Positions 47,680 through 59,991 are shown, counted from the first letter of the stretch. The stretch is 64,000 nucleotides of DNA from Neoconidiobolus thromboides FSU 785 (GCA_025603075.1 MU626303.1:1-64000), one strand, 5' to 3'. Made by a program: numbers and translations. The notes: generated by a model not told the origin, from the sequence alone.

Positions 47680-49272
47680 TCAATTAGCACTCTCAGTGTT
47701 ATCATTTTCATGTACTAAACTAACATAGCTTCCTCCTTCTCCTTCTCCTTCTTTTTTCTCTGGCTTATAATTTTTTACTGTTCCTGGTCTTCTACAAACC
47801 GGACAGTTGTTGGATCCAGTAGTTAACCACTTATCAATACAATCTGTATGGAATGCATGTTGACACTTCAATATTCTAAGTGCATCTTTATCAACATATT
47901 CTGTAAGGCATACTTGACACATATTCCCGTTCAAAATACTTATTCCTTCTTTTAAGAACAAGCTATCCTCAAAGATCACCTCGGTTGTTTGACGCTGGAC
48001 TTCTGGTAATGTAGTGGTTGGTGGACGTGCAGGTCCAAGAAGACTAGAGAGTCTTAAAAGATCCTCATACGATGGATTATCGGATAACGCTCCGGTAAGT
48101 ATGGGATGATTTTCCGGATAATTTGAACCAACTACATAGATAATCCAGCTGCGCCTTGCTGGTGGAACAGGACTTGTTTCCCGGTTAGATTCACTTTGCT
48201 GTCCTTGAGATACATCATCTTCAGGAGCATTTACTGGGGAGCTAACTGCTGCTTGAGCTTGAGCTTGAGCTTGAGCTTCTTGGGTTGCTCTTGTCCTTGA
48301 GCGTGTTTGAGGCCCTGAAGTAGGTGGATCCCTACCCCTTTCACTTTCATTTGGAACACTTCTAATACCGATAATAAGGACAGGCACTGTTCCAACTCTG
48401 TTGTTAGTTCCAAATGATGAATTATTAGATTCAGCTTGACTATTGTTATCATTTGCTGGAGCAGGAGGATTTTCAGGAGCTACGTTAGTTTGCTCATTTG
48501 GCACTCCTGGATTAGTAGTTTGCTGATCTGCTGCTCCAGCTGGCTCATCTGCTGAATGGGACATTCTAAAAACCCTGAATACTGCAGTGGTTCCATCCGA
48601 ATTGTCTGTTGCTTCTGATATAAGAGACAGTCTTGGGAAAGGCTCGCTCGAATTTTCATTTTGCTCTTGTAAATGATTTAAAAATGAATCCATAAAGCTT
48701 GCTGCACTTCTTGTTGTTTGTGCTTGTTCTTGGCTTCTTGTAGCCTGTTCCATACTTCTTTGGTGCTCATGAGCTGTTAAGCTTATAGCACTTGCTGCTG
48801 CTGCGAGCATTCGGGTAAGTGCGGCATTAGCTGATGGCAATGCCGCTCTACCGCCAAAGCCGACCTCTTGAGGAAGTGTTTGATTTTCCCGCGTGAAATT
48901 GGCGCCATCCATAAGTTGACGAAGAGCTTCGCTAACCTGGTCGGAGGTTGGAACAACTGGAGGACGAGCAATGGGTGATGTTGGGCCATTCCCCTCATTT
49001 CTTAAAGGTCCTCTTTCTAATGCTCTTAATCTATTATATGTTTGTCTATTTAAACCTCTTGTACGTATATCATCTAGTATTGAAGTCACGCTAGGATTCC
49101 TTTGGTTTCCTGAAGATAAGTATGGATGAGTTGCGCTTGTTCTGGACCTATCTCTAGAATTATTTCTAGATGGCCTTTGGGGCCCACCTGACCCTTGGTT
49201 TGAATCTTGTCTAGAATTTGAATCATTGTTTTCTTCTTCACGTTCGCCTAAGCCTGAAAAAGTTTGACCCAT
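47680..49272 (-). CDS. RING-H2 E3 ubiquitin ligase with disordered N-terminal region (intronless)
   Basis: C-x2-C...C-x-H-x2-H-x2-C...C-x2-C (CQVC..CQHAFHTDC..CPVC); SYEDLLRLSSLLG; MGQTFS N-terminus. Confidence 0.92.
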   Translation of the reverse strand: MGQTFSGLGEREEENNDSNSRQDSNQGSGGPQRPSRNNSRDRSRTSATHPYLSSGNQRNPSVTSILDDIRTRGLNRQTYNRLRALERGPLRNEGNGPTSPIARPPVVPTSDQVSEALRQLMDGANFTRENQTLPQEVGFGGRAALPSANAALTRMLAAAASAISLTAHEHQRSMEQATRSQEQAQTTRSAASFMDSFLNHLQEQNENSSEPFPRLSLISEATDNSDGTTAVFRVFRMSHSADEPAGAADQQTTNPGVPNEQTNVAPENPPAPANDNNSQAESNNSSFGTNNRVGTVPVLIIGIRSVPNESERGRDPPTSGPQTRSRTRATQEAQAQAQAQAAVSSPVNAPEDDVSQGQQSESNRETSPVPPARRSWIIYVVGSNYPENHPILTGALSDNPSYEDLLRLSSLLGPARPPTTTLPEVQRQTTEVIFEDSLFLKEGISILNGNMCQVCLTEYVDKDALRILKCQHAFHTDCIDKWLTTGSNNCPVCRRPGTVKNYKPEKKEGEGEGGSYVSLVHENDNTESAN

Positions 49273-50869
49273 AATGAACTTATATGAACTAAAATATGCC
49301 TTTTATTAATTTAAATATACACTCGAACGATATATAGGTTTATGAAGGATGTAAATTAGTAGCATAGAGGGTAATAAACTCACTTTAAATTTTTATGTGG
49401 GGGATTGTATTTAAAAAGTTTATAAAATATAATGACTACCATTGTTTAAATACATGCCTTTATGTATCTGATTGGTTTAAGCAATTTTTAAAGTTCAAAC
49501 CTTCCAATCATATTCATATCTATATCACATTTATGCTTTATTGAATCTCACTAAATTATGCCTAAAATAATTTTAGCTGTCATGAATCAAATCAAGCTAA
49601 AAATTGTTGCAGCTCTTTTGTGACTTCATTAATTTCTCATTTGAAAAATAAACTTATCAAATTCAGTTAAAATACACAAAACCTATGTTTAAAAATTAGC
49701 CATACAAATATTTTAATTACAAAAACCACTGCTAAAAAATTTGAGCAAGAATTGTATCAGCTGAAAAGTCATATTTCTATAAACCTATTTTGTCTGTGTT
49801 TGTAATTTGCTATATAAAAAGCTTGCATCATTTTAATAAATATCGATTTTTTATGAGAATAGCTAATCTTTTATATTGCTTAGTTAAGAAAATACATAGA
49901 TAGTAAGATTATTAATAACATATAATTTAAAATCCATACATTGACTTTATATTATATTATCAAAACAGATATTTAAGAACGAGTGTTTTAGCAGAAATGG
50001 CTGAATTTGTTAACGTATATGCTATTAAGATATTTGAAAATAAAAGTTGATATTTTAATGAAGAACCATAGTTACTAACTCTTGATTAAAATTTATTTAA
50101 TCGTTTAGGATGAATAAGCAAGTTACTTTGTCGTCGAAAATAATTGTTTAGATCAGCTTTAAAAGCAGTACAGTATTAATATATCATATCTAAAAAAACC
50201 AAAAGGCTTAGTTGTAATCTCATCTAATGTTTTTGATTTCAATTACAACAAACCATACGATATTATGTGATAAAATGGTCTTTTTCTTTTATGTATAAAA
50301 ATAATTTTATTATTTTTTTCATTTCTATTACTAATACACAATTATCTATTTTCACGAAAATAAAATATTTGGCATACATTTCAATTAAGTGAAGATCTTG
50401 ATAAAGTGGAAAGATACTTGCAGCGTTTTTAAATAAAATATAATAACTAAATAGCAATAATACTTATTAAAAAATTCCACTAATAAAAAATAAAGCTATA
50501 AGATAAGGTTATTCAATACATATAGTATTATAAATTTTATAGTATTTTTAAAAATTTTATAATTATTTTAAATTTGAAACATTTTAATTAATTTTAGTTT
50601 TATTACTTTTTTATTTTCTTACACAGTTCTTAAAAGTAAATAAATTAATATAACTTTATATATTAATAATTAAATTATTATAATCATATTTATTTTAATA
50701 ATTTTTAAATATAAATAAAATAAATAAAAAATGTAAAGATTATTTATAAATTTTATAAAGTCTATTTAAAGTTTCAAATCAGTATTTAAAATTATATACT
50801 ATAGGACGTGAAAAATGTTATAAAATTTTTATCAGTTAAAAAGCTGATTTATCATAATAAACCAAACAT

Positions 50870-51081
50870 TATATGGGGATGTATTTTGTGTTTAAGAATT
50901 AGACTAATAATTTTTCCGCTCAAATAGTGCTTAAAAGCTAAAAAAGTGATGAAGCTAAAAAAACTTTCATATTTTCATATGGTAAAAGTTTTTTAGCTTC
51001 ATCACTTTTTTAGCTTTTAAGCACTATTTGAGCGGAAAAATTATTAGTCTAATTCTTAAACACAAAATACATCCCCATATA
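50870..51081. repeat. perfect palindrome of two family A copies (16 +, 17 -), 93-bp arms, 26-bp spacer
   Basis: 50870-50962 is the exact reverse complement of 50989-51081; spacer ACTTTCATATTTTCATATGGTAAAAG. Confidence 0.92.
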
Positions 51082-51200
51082 TATAATATAAAACAAAAAG
51101 GAGTAAAGAGGGTAAAAGCCAATTATTTACCTTCAAAAATTAGTCAAAAGGATAAGATACTTAACTATTTTATTTGTATAGATATTTGACAGTCAAACTT

Positions 51201-51307
51201 ATATTGAGATGTATTTTGTGTTTAAGAATTTTACTAACAAATTTTCCGTTCAAGTGTTCAAATAGTGCTTAAAATGGAAAAGTAATGAGGTTAAAATACT
51301 CCCATAT
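51201..51307 (+). mobile_element. family A repeat, copy 18
   Basis: ATATTGAGATGTATTTTGTGTTTAAGAATTTTACTAACAAATTTTCCGTTCAAGTGTTCAAATAG...TACTCCCATAT (small internal duplication). Confidence 0.8.
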
Positions 51308-52347
51308 ATTAGCTAAAATATTTGAATAAGAATAATTATTTAGTCTGAGCTAAAAAATCAACTAGTAATAAATTTAAAGTGTTAGCTAGTAATTTAAGTT
51401 AACTCTAAAATCCTTATAGAAACTATTATTTTTTTAATAAAAAAAGGTATATCTCGAATATTCACCATTAACCACTTTTAGAGCCATAGTTAGATCTGAT
51501 TATAATTAGGGGCTATAGTGGTAAGGTTTTATAGAATTTGAGCTTTAAAAATATTATGAATTGTATAGTATTATATGTGTTAAATAACCTTACCTTTTAT
51601 AGCTTCATTTTTTACTAATAGAATTTTTTAACAAGTATTGTTGTTATTATATTAATACAAGAATACTTAAAACAACTCTTTGCTTCATTAAGATCTCTGC
51701 TTGATTGAGATTTATATTAAAACCAGTTAAATTTTTATATCCAATTACATTTAAACATTCAAAAGTTAAAGTAAGAATTGTATACTTTGAATATTTGATA
51801 AATACATGTAATATAAAACAAAAATCTAAAAATAGGTAATGATAAATGCATGTCCAAGTGAGAGTGTTTGGTAACAATGCTTGGTAAAGACTTGTCTAAT
51901 TTTAAAATACTTCAAAAAAACCGTAAATTAGATTAAAAAACAATTGTGGCTTATTTTTTAAAGGATTAGCACTTTACTTCAGATTTAAAAAAAGTAACTA
52001 ATTTTAGATAAAATTTTAGTGCTAGTAGTATTAGTATTAGTATTAGGAGTAAAGTTAGTATTAATTTTAGCATCTTTATTTTAAAATTTGTCACCTGTTT
52101 ATTTATGAAATAAGAGTTAATTCTTGATTTTTTTTTACTAAAACATTAGCTTAGTTAAATAATTCATTTATCTTATACATACCTTTAAAGTTAACTTGGC
52201 TTCTGTTTCAGAAAGTAATATTTCCATCACTGTTTGGAAATTGGATGTTAAAAAACGGATCATAGTGTTGTAAATATTAAATAAAATAATATTTAGCATT
52301 AAGGATCAACAGTATATAAACTAAATCGTTAAGTCATTAAAATTTAA

Positions 52348-53217
52348 ATGTCAATTATTTCTTCAAAAGCAAAACAGTCATTAAAAATAGTAAAAAAGTA
52401 CCGACCATGGATTAACAAAAAAGAAATTCTATATACCATACCTGCTATATTATGGTTATTAATGAATATATATTTTGTTTACTTGGGTATCTCGGTAGCA
52501 GATAAAGTGAATCGATTCAATTATTTACCAAAAGATCAAAAGATATTATTGATCGATCCATTATTAGAAGCTCTCTCTGAAGAATTCAAACAAACTACGC
52601 TACCAAAAGATATATCAGACATATTAGTAAGGGTTGCACTTTTATTAGTTATTGCAAGGATGATTTTAGGTGGGAAAATAACTTTATTGTTAGCACGAAG
52701 GCTATCCTATTTAATAGGATTTCTTTATTTGTTAAGAATTCCGTTTATGATGATGACTTTATTTCCAAATCCTTTATTGGACTGTATTCCTGATATAAAT
52801 CCAAATATTTTTGAAAATAGCCTTGAGTTGTTATTTCAGCAGAAAGCGTCTTGTGGAGACTTAATGTTCTCTGGTCATACCGTTATGTTTATGATATCTT
52901 CTTTAGTTTGGATAGATTACCCGGTTGCAAAAATGGGGATAGCAAGGATACTTATTACAGTTATAATTTTAACATATGGTATACTTAGTATATTAAGTTT
53001 AATTGCATCTTCTTATCATTATACTATTGATGTTGTAGTATCCGTTATTGTGTGTTTGACTACTTGGAAGTTATATCATTTCCTTGTCCAAAGTAAATAC
53101 TTTGATGATACCTGGTATGGTAGATTTTTCTTATTTATTGATCAAGAGCAATATATGTTACTGTATAAAAAACACAATCATATATTACCCATGTATCACA
53201 ATACTCTAGCTAGTTAA
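52348..53217 (+). CDS. sphingomyelin-synthase-family phosphotransferase (PAP2_C), intronless
   Basis: Motifs RRLSYLIGFLYLLR....MTLFP, CGDLMFSGHT and HYTIDV....WKLYH. Confidence 0.85.
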   Translation: MSIISSKAKQSLKIVKKYRPWINKKEILYTIPAILWLLMNIYFVYLGISVADKVNRFNYLPKDQKILLIDPLLEALSEEFKQTTLPKDISDILVRVALLLVIARMILGGKITLLLARRLSYLIGFLYLLRIPFMMMTLFPNPLLDCIPDINPNIFENSLELLFQQKASCGDLMFSGHTVMFMISSLVWIDYPVAKMGIARILITVIILTYGILSILSLIASSYHYTIDVVVSVIVCLTTWKLYHFLVQSKYFDDTWYGRFFLFIDQEQYMLLYKKHNHILPMYHNTLAS

Positions 53218-53648
53218 GATAGCTCATATAAAAGGAGGTAGTTATAAATTAAAATTAATAGATACAATAGGGAACCTTAGCTAATATTTAGAATTATCTT
53301 TTATTGGCAAATAGGGTTTTATGAGATTTTTGTAGTTCTAATGTAAATCCGTGTTCCCTAAAGCGATTTTAATTATGCCATATTTATCATAATGTGAAGT
53401 TATAAGTGTAATTTCATACATTATCTAATTTCGCCCATTTGTTTTTTAAGGAGCTTTAAAAGCAGTCATAATGTTCTAAAAATAAAATCATTGGCTAAAA
53501 ATAGTTTTTGATTCAATCAGAAGTGATTGAATTGATTAGAGGAATGAGGCTCTAAAAGGACTCGAAGCAAAGTCATGAAACTAATCTCTTTTATAATTAA
53601 TTTGAATAGTAATAAAAACAGTTTGTAAAATATAATTTAATATAATTA

Positions 53649-54925
53649 ATGTATAACAATAATCAAAATCATAATAATAACCATCATAATTATAATAATG
53701 GTTATTCAAATCAACCTTATTCTTCTCATCATGAAGAATATATAATGACTAGTAAAGATGAGCAAAATAATTATTACACAGCTCCAGCAAACGCACCACT
53801 TCCTTCTCATGTCAAAAGTGCAAGAATATCTCAAAGTCCATTGATCAATCCAGAAAGTTTAACACCAAATAGAATATTTAAAAGTAATAACACTTCTTAC
53901 CGCCCTTATTTTACTTATATTGTTACTTTGGCTCAAGTTGCAGTTTTTATTTATCAATTAGTAAATATGTATAACTTAACTGGTTCTGTTATTCAAACAC
54001 AACCCTTTTTTAATTATTTAATTGGTCCTTCACCTGAAGTAATTAGTTTTTTAGTTTATTATTAATATAGTTCAATAATTGTATTGATTTAGGTATTAAT
54101 TAACCAAGGAGCACGTTTTATCCCGTGTATGAAACCTGACTTAGAAACTAAAGCACAATTTCCATGCCCAACCACATCAAGTTCTTTAACACCATCCAGT
54201 TGTAGTTTACAAGATTTATGTGGGATATCTACTTTTAGTAATAATATTCCAGATCAATGGTACCGATTCATTACCCCAATCTTTTTGCATGGTGGTGTTG
54301 TTCATATCTTATTAAATTTATTATCTCAAATGTCCATATCTTCTAATTTAGAAGCCAAATATGGACCATTTCGATTATTTTTTGTTTATTTTGCTTCAGG
54401 TATTGGGGGTAATTTATTAGGGTCTAACTTAGCTTTAACTAAAACTTGTAAGTTTTTTATATTTAATAGTTTATACTTTATAGTAATATTAATTTTATAG
54501 CTTCTGTTGGTGCTTCTGGTGCTATTTTTGGATTAATTGCATGTGATTTATTAGATCTATTATTATATTGGGATCATGTATTATCTCCATGGTGTGAATT
54601 ATTAAAAGTTGTATTATGTATTATAGTATCATTTGCTTTAGGACTTATTCCCATAGTAGATAATTTTGCTCATATTGGTGGGTTTGTAACTGGATTATTA
54701 GCAGGTGGTACTGTTATGTTATCTCATCGTCATCCTACTTCTAAACGTAAAGTCACTTGGGGATTTCTTATTTTTATGATGGTATTATCATTAATACTTT
54801 TAATTGTATTTTATTATTTTACAATTAATGGATTTTATACTCAAAATTGGCTACAAAATTGCCCAAATTGCAAATATTTGAATTGTGTACCAATTGCTGG
54901 ATTATGCGATAAGTTTTCAGTTTAA
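53649..54925 (+). CDS. rhomboid intramembrane serine protease, multi-exon
   Basis: QWYRFITPIFLHGGVVHILLN, SVGASGAIFG (catalytic Ser), DNFAHIGG (catalytic His). Confidence 0.92.
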
Positions 54926-54996
54926 ATTCAAATTCAAGTAATTAACATAAAAATGAGAATAATAATAAATAATATAATATAATATTTTATTTTATT

Positions 54997-57900
54997 TTAA
55001 TCTTTTAAATTTTTAATATTTAAAGATAAAGATTTCTTTTTTAATCTAGTAGCTTGTTTAACTAAATTACTTTTTAATAAATTCTTATCCATTTTAGTAT
55101 AATTGGAATTATTTAGGACATTTTCAATTTGTAATAAAATTTTATTGTCATCTTCATCTAATAATAAAAATAAAGAATTAATAAATAAATATTAATTAGT
55201 CAATTACCTTCAACCATCATTTGATGTAATTGATTTTTTAATTGAGTTATTGGTATTTCTAATGTAGATTCTCTAGAAGTTTCCATTATCTCTTCATTCT
55301 TTAATTCTTTTATATCCTCTTTTTTTCCCCTTATATTGTCCTCTTTTTCATCCTCGTTTTTATTCTCTTTCTTTAATTCGTACTTTTCTTGTTTACTTTC
55401 TGTTGATAAAGTAATTAAATTGTCCATATTATTTTTATTGTCCTCATTTCCAATCTCATCTTTCTCATTTAATTTATTTTCATCAACTTGTATTAATTCT
55501 TCCAAGCTCTCATTTAACGTCGCCAGTTTCTCCTCTGTTATTAAAGGGGATAGCACAGGTACTTCTGGATTTTTCAAATACTTATCCGATGGTGAAGCTA
55601 GGCCATCCGTTTCTAAATCTAATGAATATTCGGATCCAAATTCCGTTTCTGATACTAAATCTAAGGATTCCACATCAAACAGTTTTGGTAATTTAAAAGA
55701 TAATTGTTGAGTGGAATTCGAAGTTATTGAACGTCTACGGATTTTGACACTTTTTCTCTTTTTTTCTTGAATTTCATTAATACTACGTACTCCCATAGCA
55801 AAATTACCATCCGGCACAGGTGTATATTTATTTCTCTATAGTAAAAATAGTTAAATTGAATTAACAATATTAAATTTTATTAAATTCATAATTGAATTAA
55901 GGAAAACTTACAAATAAATTACCAAATGCATTTTCTTTTCTTTTTCTAGCTTGTTCTTCTGTTTCAATAGCATTTCTTAATCGTTGACTTTCTACTCTTT
56001 CCTCATCAAATTGCGCTAATGATTCATCAAATTTACTAATTAAATTAGGTATAAAAGCTAATAAAGAAAAGAATCTATTAAATTTATAATTTCACATGAA
56101 TCAATTTTTTAAAACTTACGAAATTCAGGTCCAACAATAGGTGCTTCTGCTCCTGACATAGCTAATTTAAATAACAATTTTTCTCGATATAATGAAGATA
56201 ATATTTTTTCTCTTGAAATTTTATTTATATCTTCAATAAAGCTTAATGGCATTGGTTTAATCATTTCACTTGCTCTTAACGTAATCTTCTCATTACGCTT
56301 ATAATATTCTTCAATTGCCTAAAATAAGATTTTATTTATTTGTTTTTGTATTGTAGTAGAATATTTATAAATTACTCTCTTAGTTACTTCTTTTAATTTA
56401 ATATGCAAATGGGTTTCCGATGGTTTAACTGGAGTGTATGAAGGTAAATAAATATTAAAATAATAAATTAGAATAGTTTCATAGTGCTAATTAAATTTAA
56501 TATAATTAATTAGTTATAATAGAGTTATAATAGAATAAATAAATTTACTTGTTGATAATAACTTGGACATTTGACCATGAATTTTCTAGCTTCTTCTTCC
56601 CATTTCTTCATAGCATTACGATTAGGTTCATATAAATTAGTTCTTGGTACAAGACCTTATAATAAATTTATAAATTTATATTTTTTATTTACAATTAATT
56701 TTATATACAAAATAAATTATATTATTACTTACTTAATACTTTAAATAGCTCTTTAAAATTAAAACCTAAAATAATTAGAAATGCTTCATATTTAAATTGT
56801 GGTTTAGTAAATTGAAATTTTTGATATCCTCCTTTTGAACTATCATAATTAGGTGCCATTCGACTTAAATAGCCAATTATGGGATAATCTTCATATTTAG
56901 AACTTCCACTGACATAAATCTAAATCAAATAAAATTATTATTATTATATTTATTAATTCGATTATTTAATTAAAGTTGAAATATTACTGGCCAACAATCT
57001 TCTAATTTGGTATTATCAATAAATTCTTCCACTAGACTGGACCTTGGTAAAACATATGAATCATATGGATACCTTGCATCTGGAGCTATTGCTTCCATTT
57101 TTTTCTTTTCATAAGTTAACGTAGGAATAGCTTTTCTTACTAACTAATATAATATACTTTAATCATTTCTTATTATTTTACTATTTTATTATAATAAATA
57201 ATTTACCCAATTAGGCATCATATTATCATGCCATTGATCATCAGGAATTGGATGAGGATATTGTCCAATGTGATTATTTCGATGAAAATGAATAATTTGT
57301 AAACAATTTTTTCGATCTTGAGGATCTTTAATTATATTAATTATTAATTTGTATTATTATTATTTATTATTTATTATCATTATAAAATTAACTTACTATC
57401 TTTATCAATAAAATCAACTAATAAACCATGATCCAATAACTTATTAGTTCTTCTATACTCGTATTTAATTTGTTCAATTTGAGAAGTTAAACAAGCTTTT
57501 AAATCCATCATGCTACTTAATGTTGTTACTGAACCTATTATTTTTGAATTACAATTAGTACCATTTTAAAAATTAATAACAATAACTGATAATTCACCTC
57601 CTCTAGGAATAGCAAACTTCTCCAAACATTCTTTGTAATGTCCTTTTTCTAAATTATGCCATTTCAACTGAAATATAGAAAATCGCATATCCGCAAAGAA
57701 GTCGCCTTCATAATAATTACTTCCTGGTACATTAATACCATTGATTTCATTTCGGAAATTCTAAAAAATAAACAGGAAGGTACGAATGAATTACTTTAAT
57801 ACGAAATGTGTAACTTTCAATAATTACCAAATCCCCATCATTTAAAGGTAATGGTGGCCCATAACCTGTAAAAAAAGCAGTAAATGAACGGGTTTTACTA

Positions 57901-58496
57901 TAAGGTGCACGGCCCTAAAAGTATTATTATTGTTCCTTTCTTTTTCTTATTGTACTAAGCTTATGATTGATTTATACTTACCTCCCCTAATTTTTCAAAC
58001 CCATATCTTAATCGAAATAATAATGCATATTCATAAGCTGCTTTTAAAGCTGCTTTTAAATTAAATGTATCTTTAGCTTCCACTTTAAATAATTTTTTAA
58101 AAAATTCTTTTAATCCATAATCATAGATCGTTCTAGACTAAAAGAATTAAAATTTAATTTTGATGTTTTATTTTAAAATTAAAATTGAAATTGAAATCTA
58201 TTGTTTACCTGTATATAAATAGGTTCTTCTTGAAATGTAACTAATACTACTTGAATATCTGAAGCTTTGGAAAATAAATGACCTTTTTCCTAATAAAAAA
58301 ATAGCTTCCAGTAAATAATCTTAATTTTAAAACTGAACACTTAATTTACAGTAAATAAAAATTTAATCACTCTTTTAGAAGCATCTAAAGCAGACATACT
58401 ATGTCCAAAATATTGATACATTCCCGGACTTGTATCCAAGATAAATATAGCTAACAAATCAGGCGCTTTGTCTTCACCTCGTGGCTTTTCACTCAT
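54997..58496 (-). CDS. INTS6: Integrator complex subunit 6 (INTS6/DDX26) homologue, many exons
   Basis: N-terminal VWA AIFILDTSPGM, VLVTFQEEP, DFFADMRFSIFQL, YPHPIPDDQW, PYDSYVLPGPS, CWPVYVSGSSKY..PIIGYL, IHPVP..FAMG, C-terminal NLVKQATRLKKK; colinear with recalled human INTS6 motifs. Confidence 0.72.
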
Positions 58497-58730
58497 TATT
58501 TTGGAATGGGAAGTTTAAATTGTTAAAAAAGATAAATTTCTTTTGACTGGTTTTTTTTAGATAATTTTTTCAAGTGATTTCTATTAGTAATAATTTCCTT
58601 TTTAGGTTAATCTAGTATCAATGACGCCAGAAGCATTTGAGAGAATTTCAATTTCTTAACATGAAAAGTATTTAAATTTTGATTCCTTTCTTTTATTTTC
58701 TTATCATTTTTAGACAATTGAAATTAAATA

Positions 58731-59991
58731 ATGACAATCCCAATGTACTCTTCAGTTAATTATAATACATTCGGAAATACAAACGCAGATATAATAAATA
58801 TAAGTACTTATAAACCGAGTATAACTTTGGATGGGAAAATAATAACCATTTTATTTAACTTTTATAAAATTATATTCACTATAATATCCATCTTCGAGCC
58901 CATATTCGAACTTTATTATCCGTTAATAGTATGTTATTATTCAAAAAGAAAAGTAAGTTTTATTATAATAACTAATTTTCATCGATAGTAAATAGTTTCA
59001 ATTTAATATCTAGCTTTCTACTCAAGGTAATTAACACCTTTTAATTATTAACTCATATAATAATCTCAATAATTTCATTTTTAGATTCTCAATCTTTATT
59101 AACTTTCATAATAAATAATCAGTTATTATTTAACTGTTTAAAACCAATGATGAGAATTAGAAATAAGGAAGAGGAAGATAATACGAATGGACTTTCTTTA
59201 TTAGCTACTGTTATGATAGCTATGGGATTCTCTATAGTTTTAGGATTTAGTTTTTGGTTCTTATTCGAAGAAAGGGATTCAGTGGGAAGTATGATCGTTT
59301 TTGGGACTTTAGTAATTCAATGGTTATATCAATCAAGTAAGAAGTGTTTAAATGAAAATGGTAAGGTTTTATAATTAGTTTCTATTTATATAGTATATAT
59401 TTAATAATTATTATTCTTAGATAATCAACAAGAGCTATTTTTTTTAACATTATTTTCAGTTTTAATTAATGGGACATTAATTTCTATTATGCTCGAAAGT
59501 TTTCATTGGAATTTAATAGGCTTTACAACAATTTATGTGACATTGTATTTAGTCAATTTGAGTATTTTGTTGCTATATATTTATATTGAAAATTATTTCA
59601 TTTTAAAAAAAATCTTAGTGAATTATGAAGGTATCAAATCAATAATTAGTAGGAATAAGAGTGGTAATTTACTTTTTATTCAATAATAATGAATATTTAT
59701 TAATTTTGTTTATTAACAGTATTAATAGCTTCAATAAATAATTATTTAAATTATCTCATTATTAATAGTACATTAATAATAACAGAAACAATGAATCAAA
59801 ATTTCAATTTATTACACCAATATTTAATTTTTACAATTTGGTTGAATGAAATAATGACAATTAAATATTCCGCTATTAAACATCAGTTAGTTTTATTTTA
59901 CATTTATTTTACAATAACAGTCACTTATTTTAATTTAAATTTAATTAATTATTTGATTTTTTTACCTTGGTTAATTACTTTAGTAAGTTAA
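58731..59991 (+). CDS. probable multi-exon multipass membrane protein; boundaries uncertain
   Basis: Series of hydrophobic ORF segments (58731-58988, 59147-59374, 59489-59686, 59791-59991) with GT..AG-like breaks; no family recognised. Confidence 0.4.

Noticed and set aside
851-51307. Family A repeats as a CRISPR array or tRNA/SINE
   Set aside because: Copies are dispersed, ~105 bp, in both orientations, without regular spacers or cas genes; no cloverleaf, A/B boxes or poly(A) tail.
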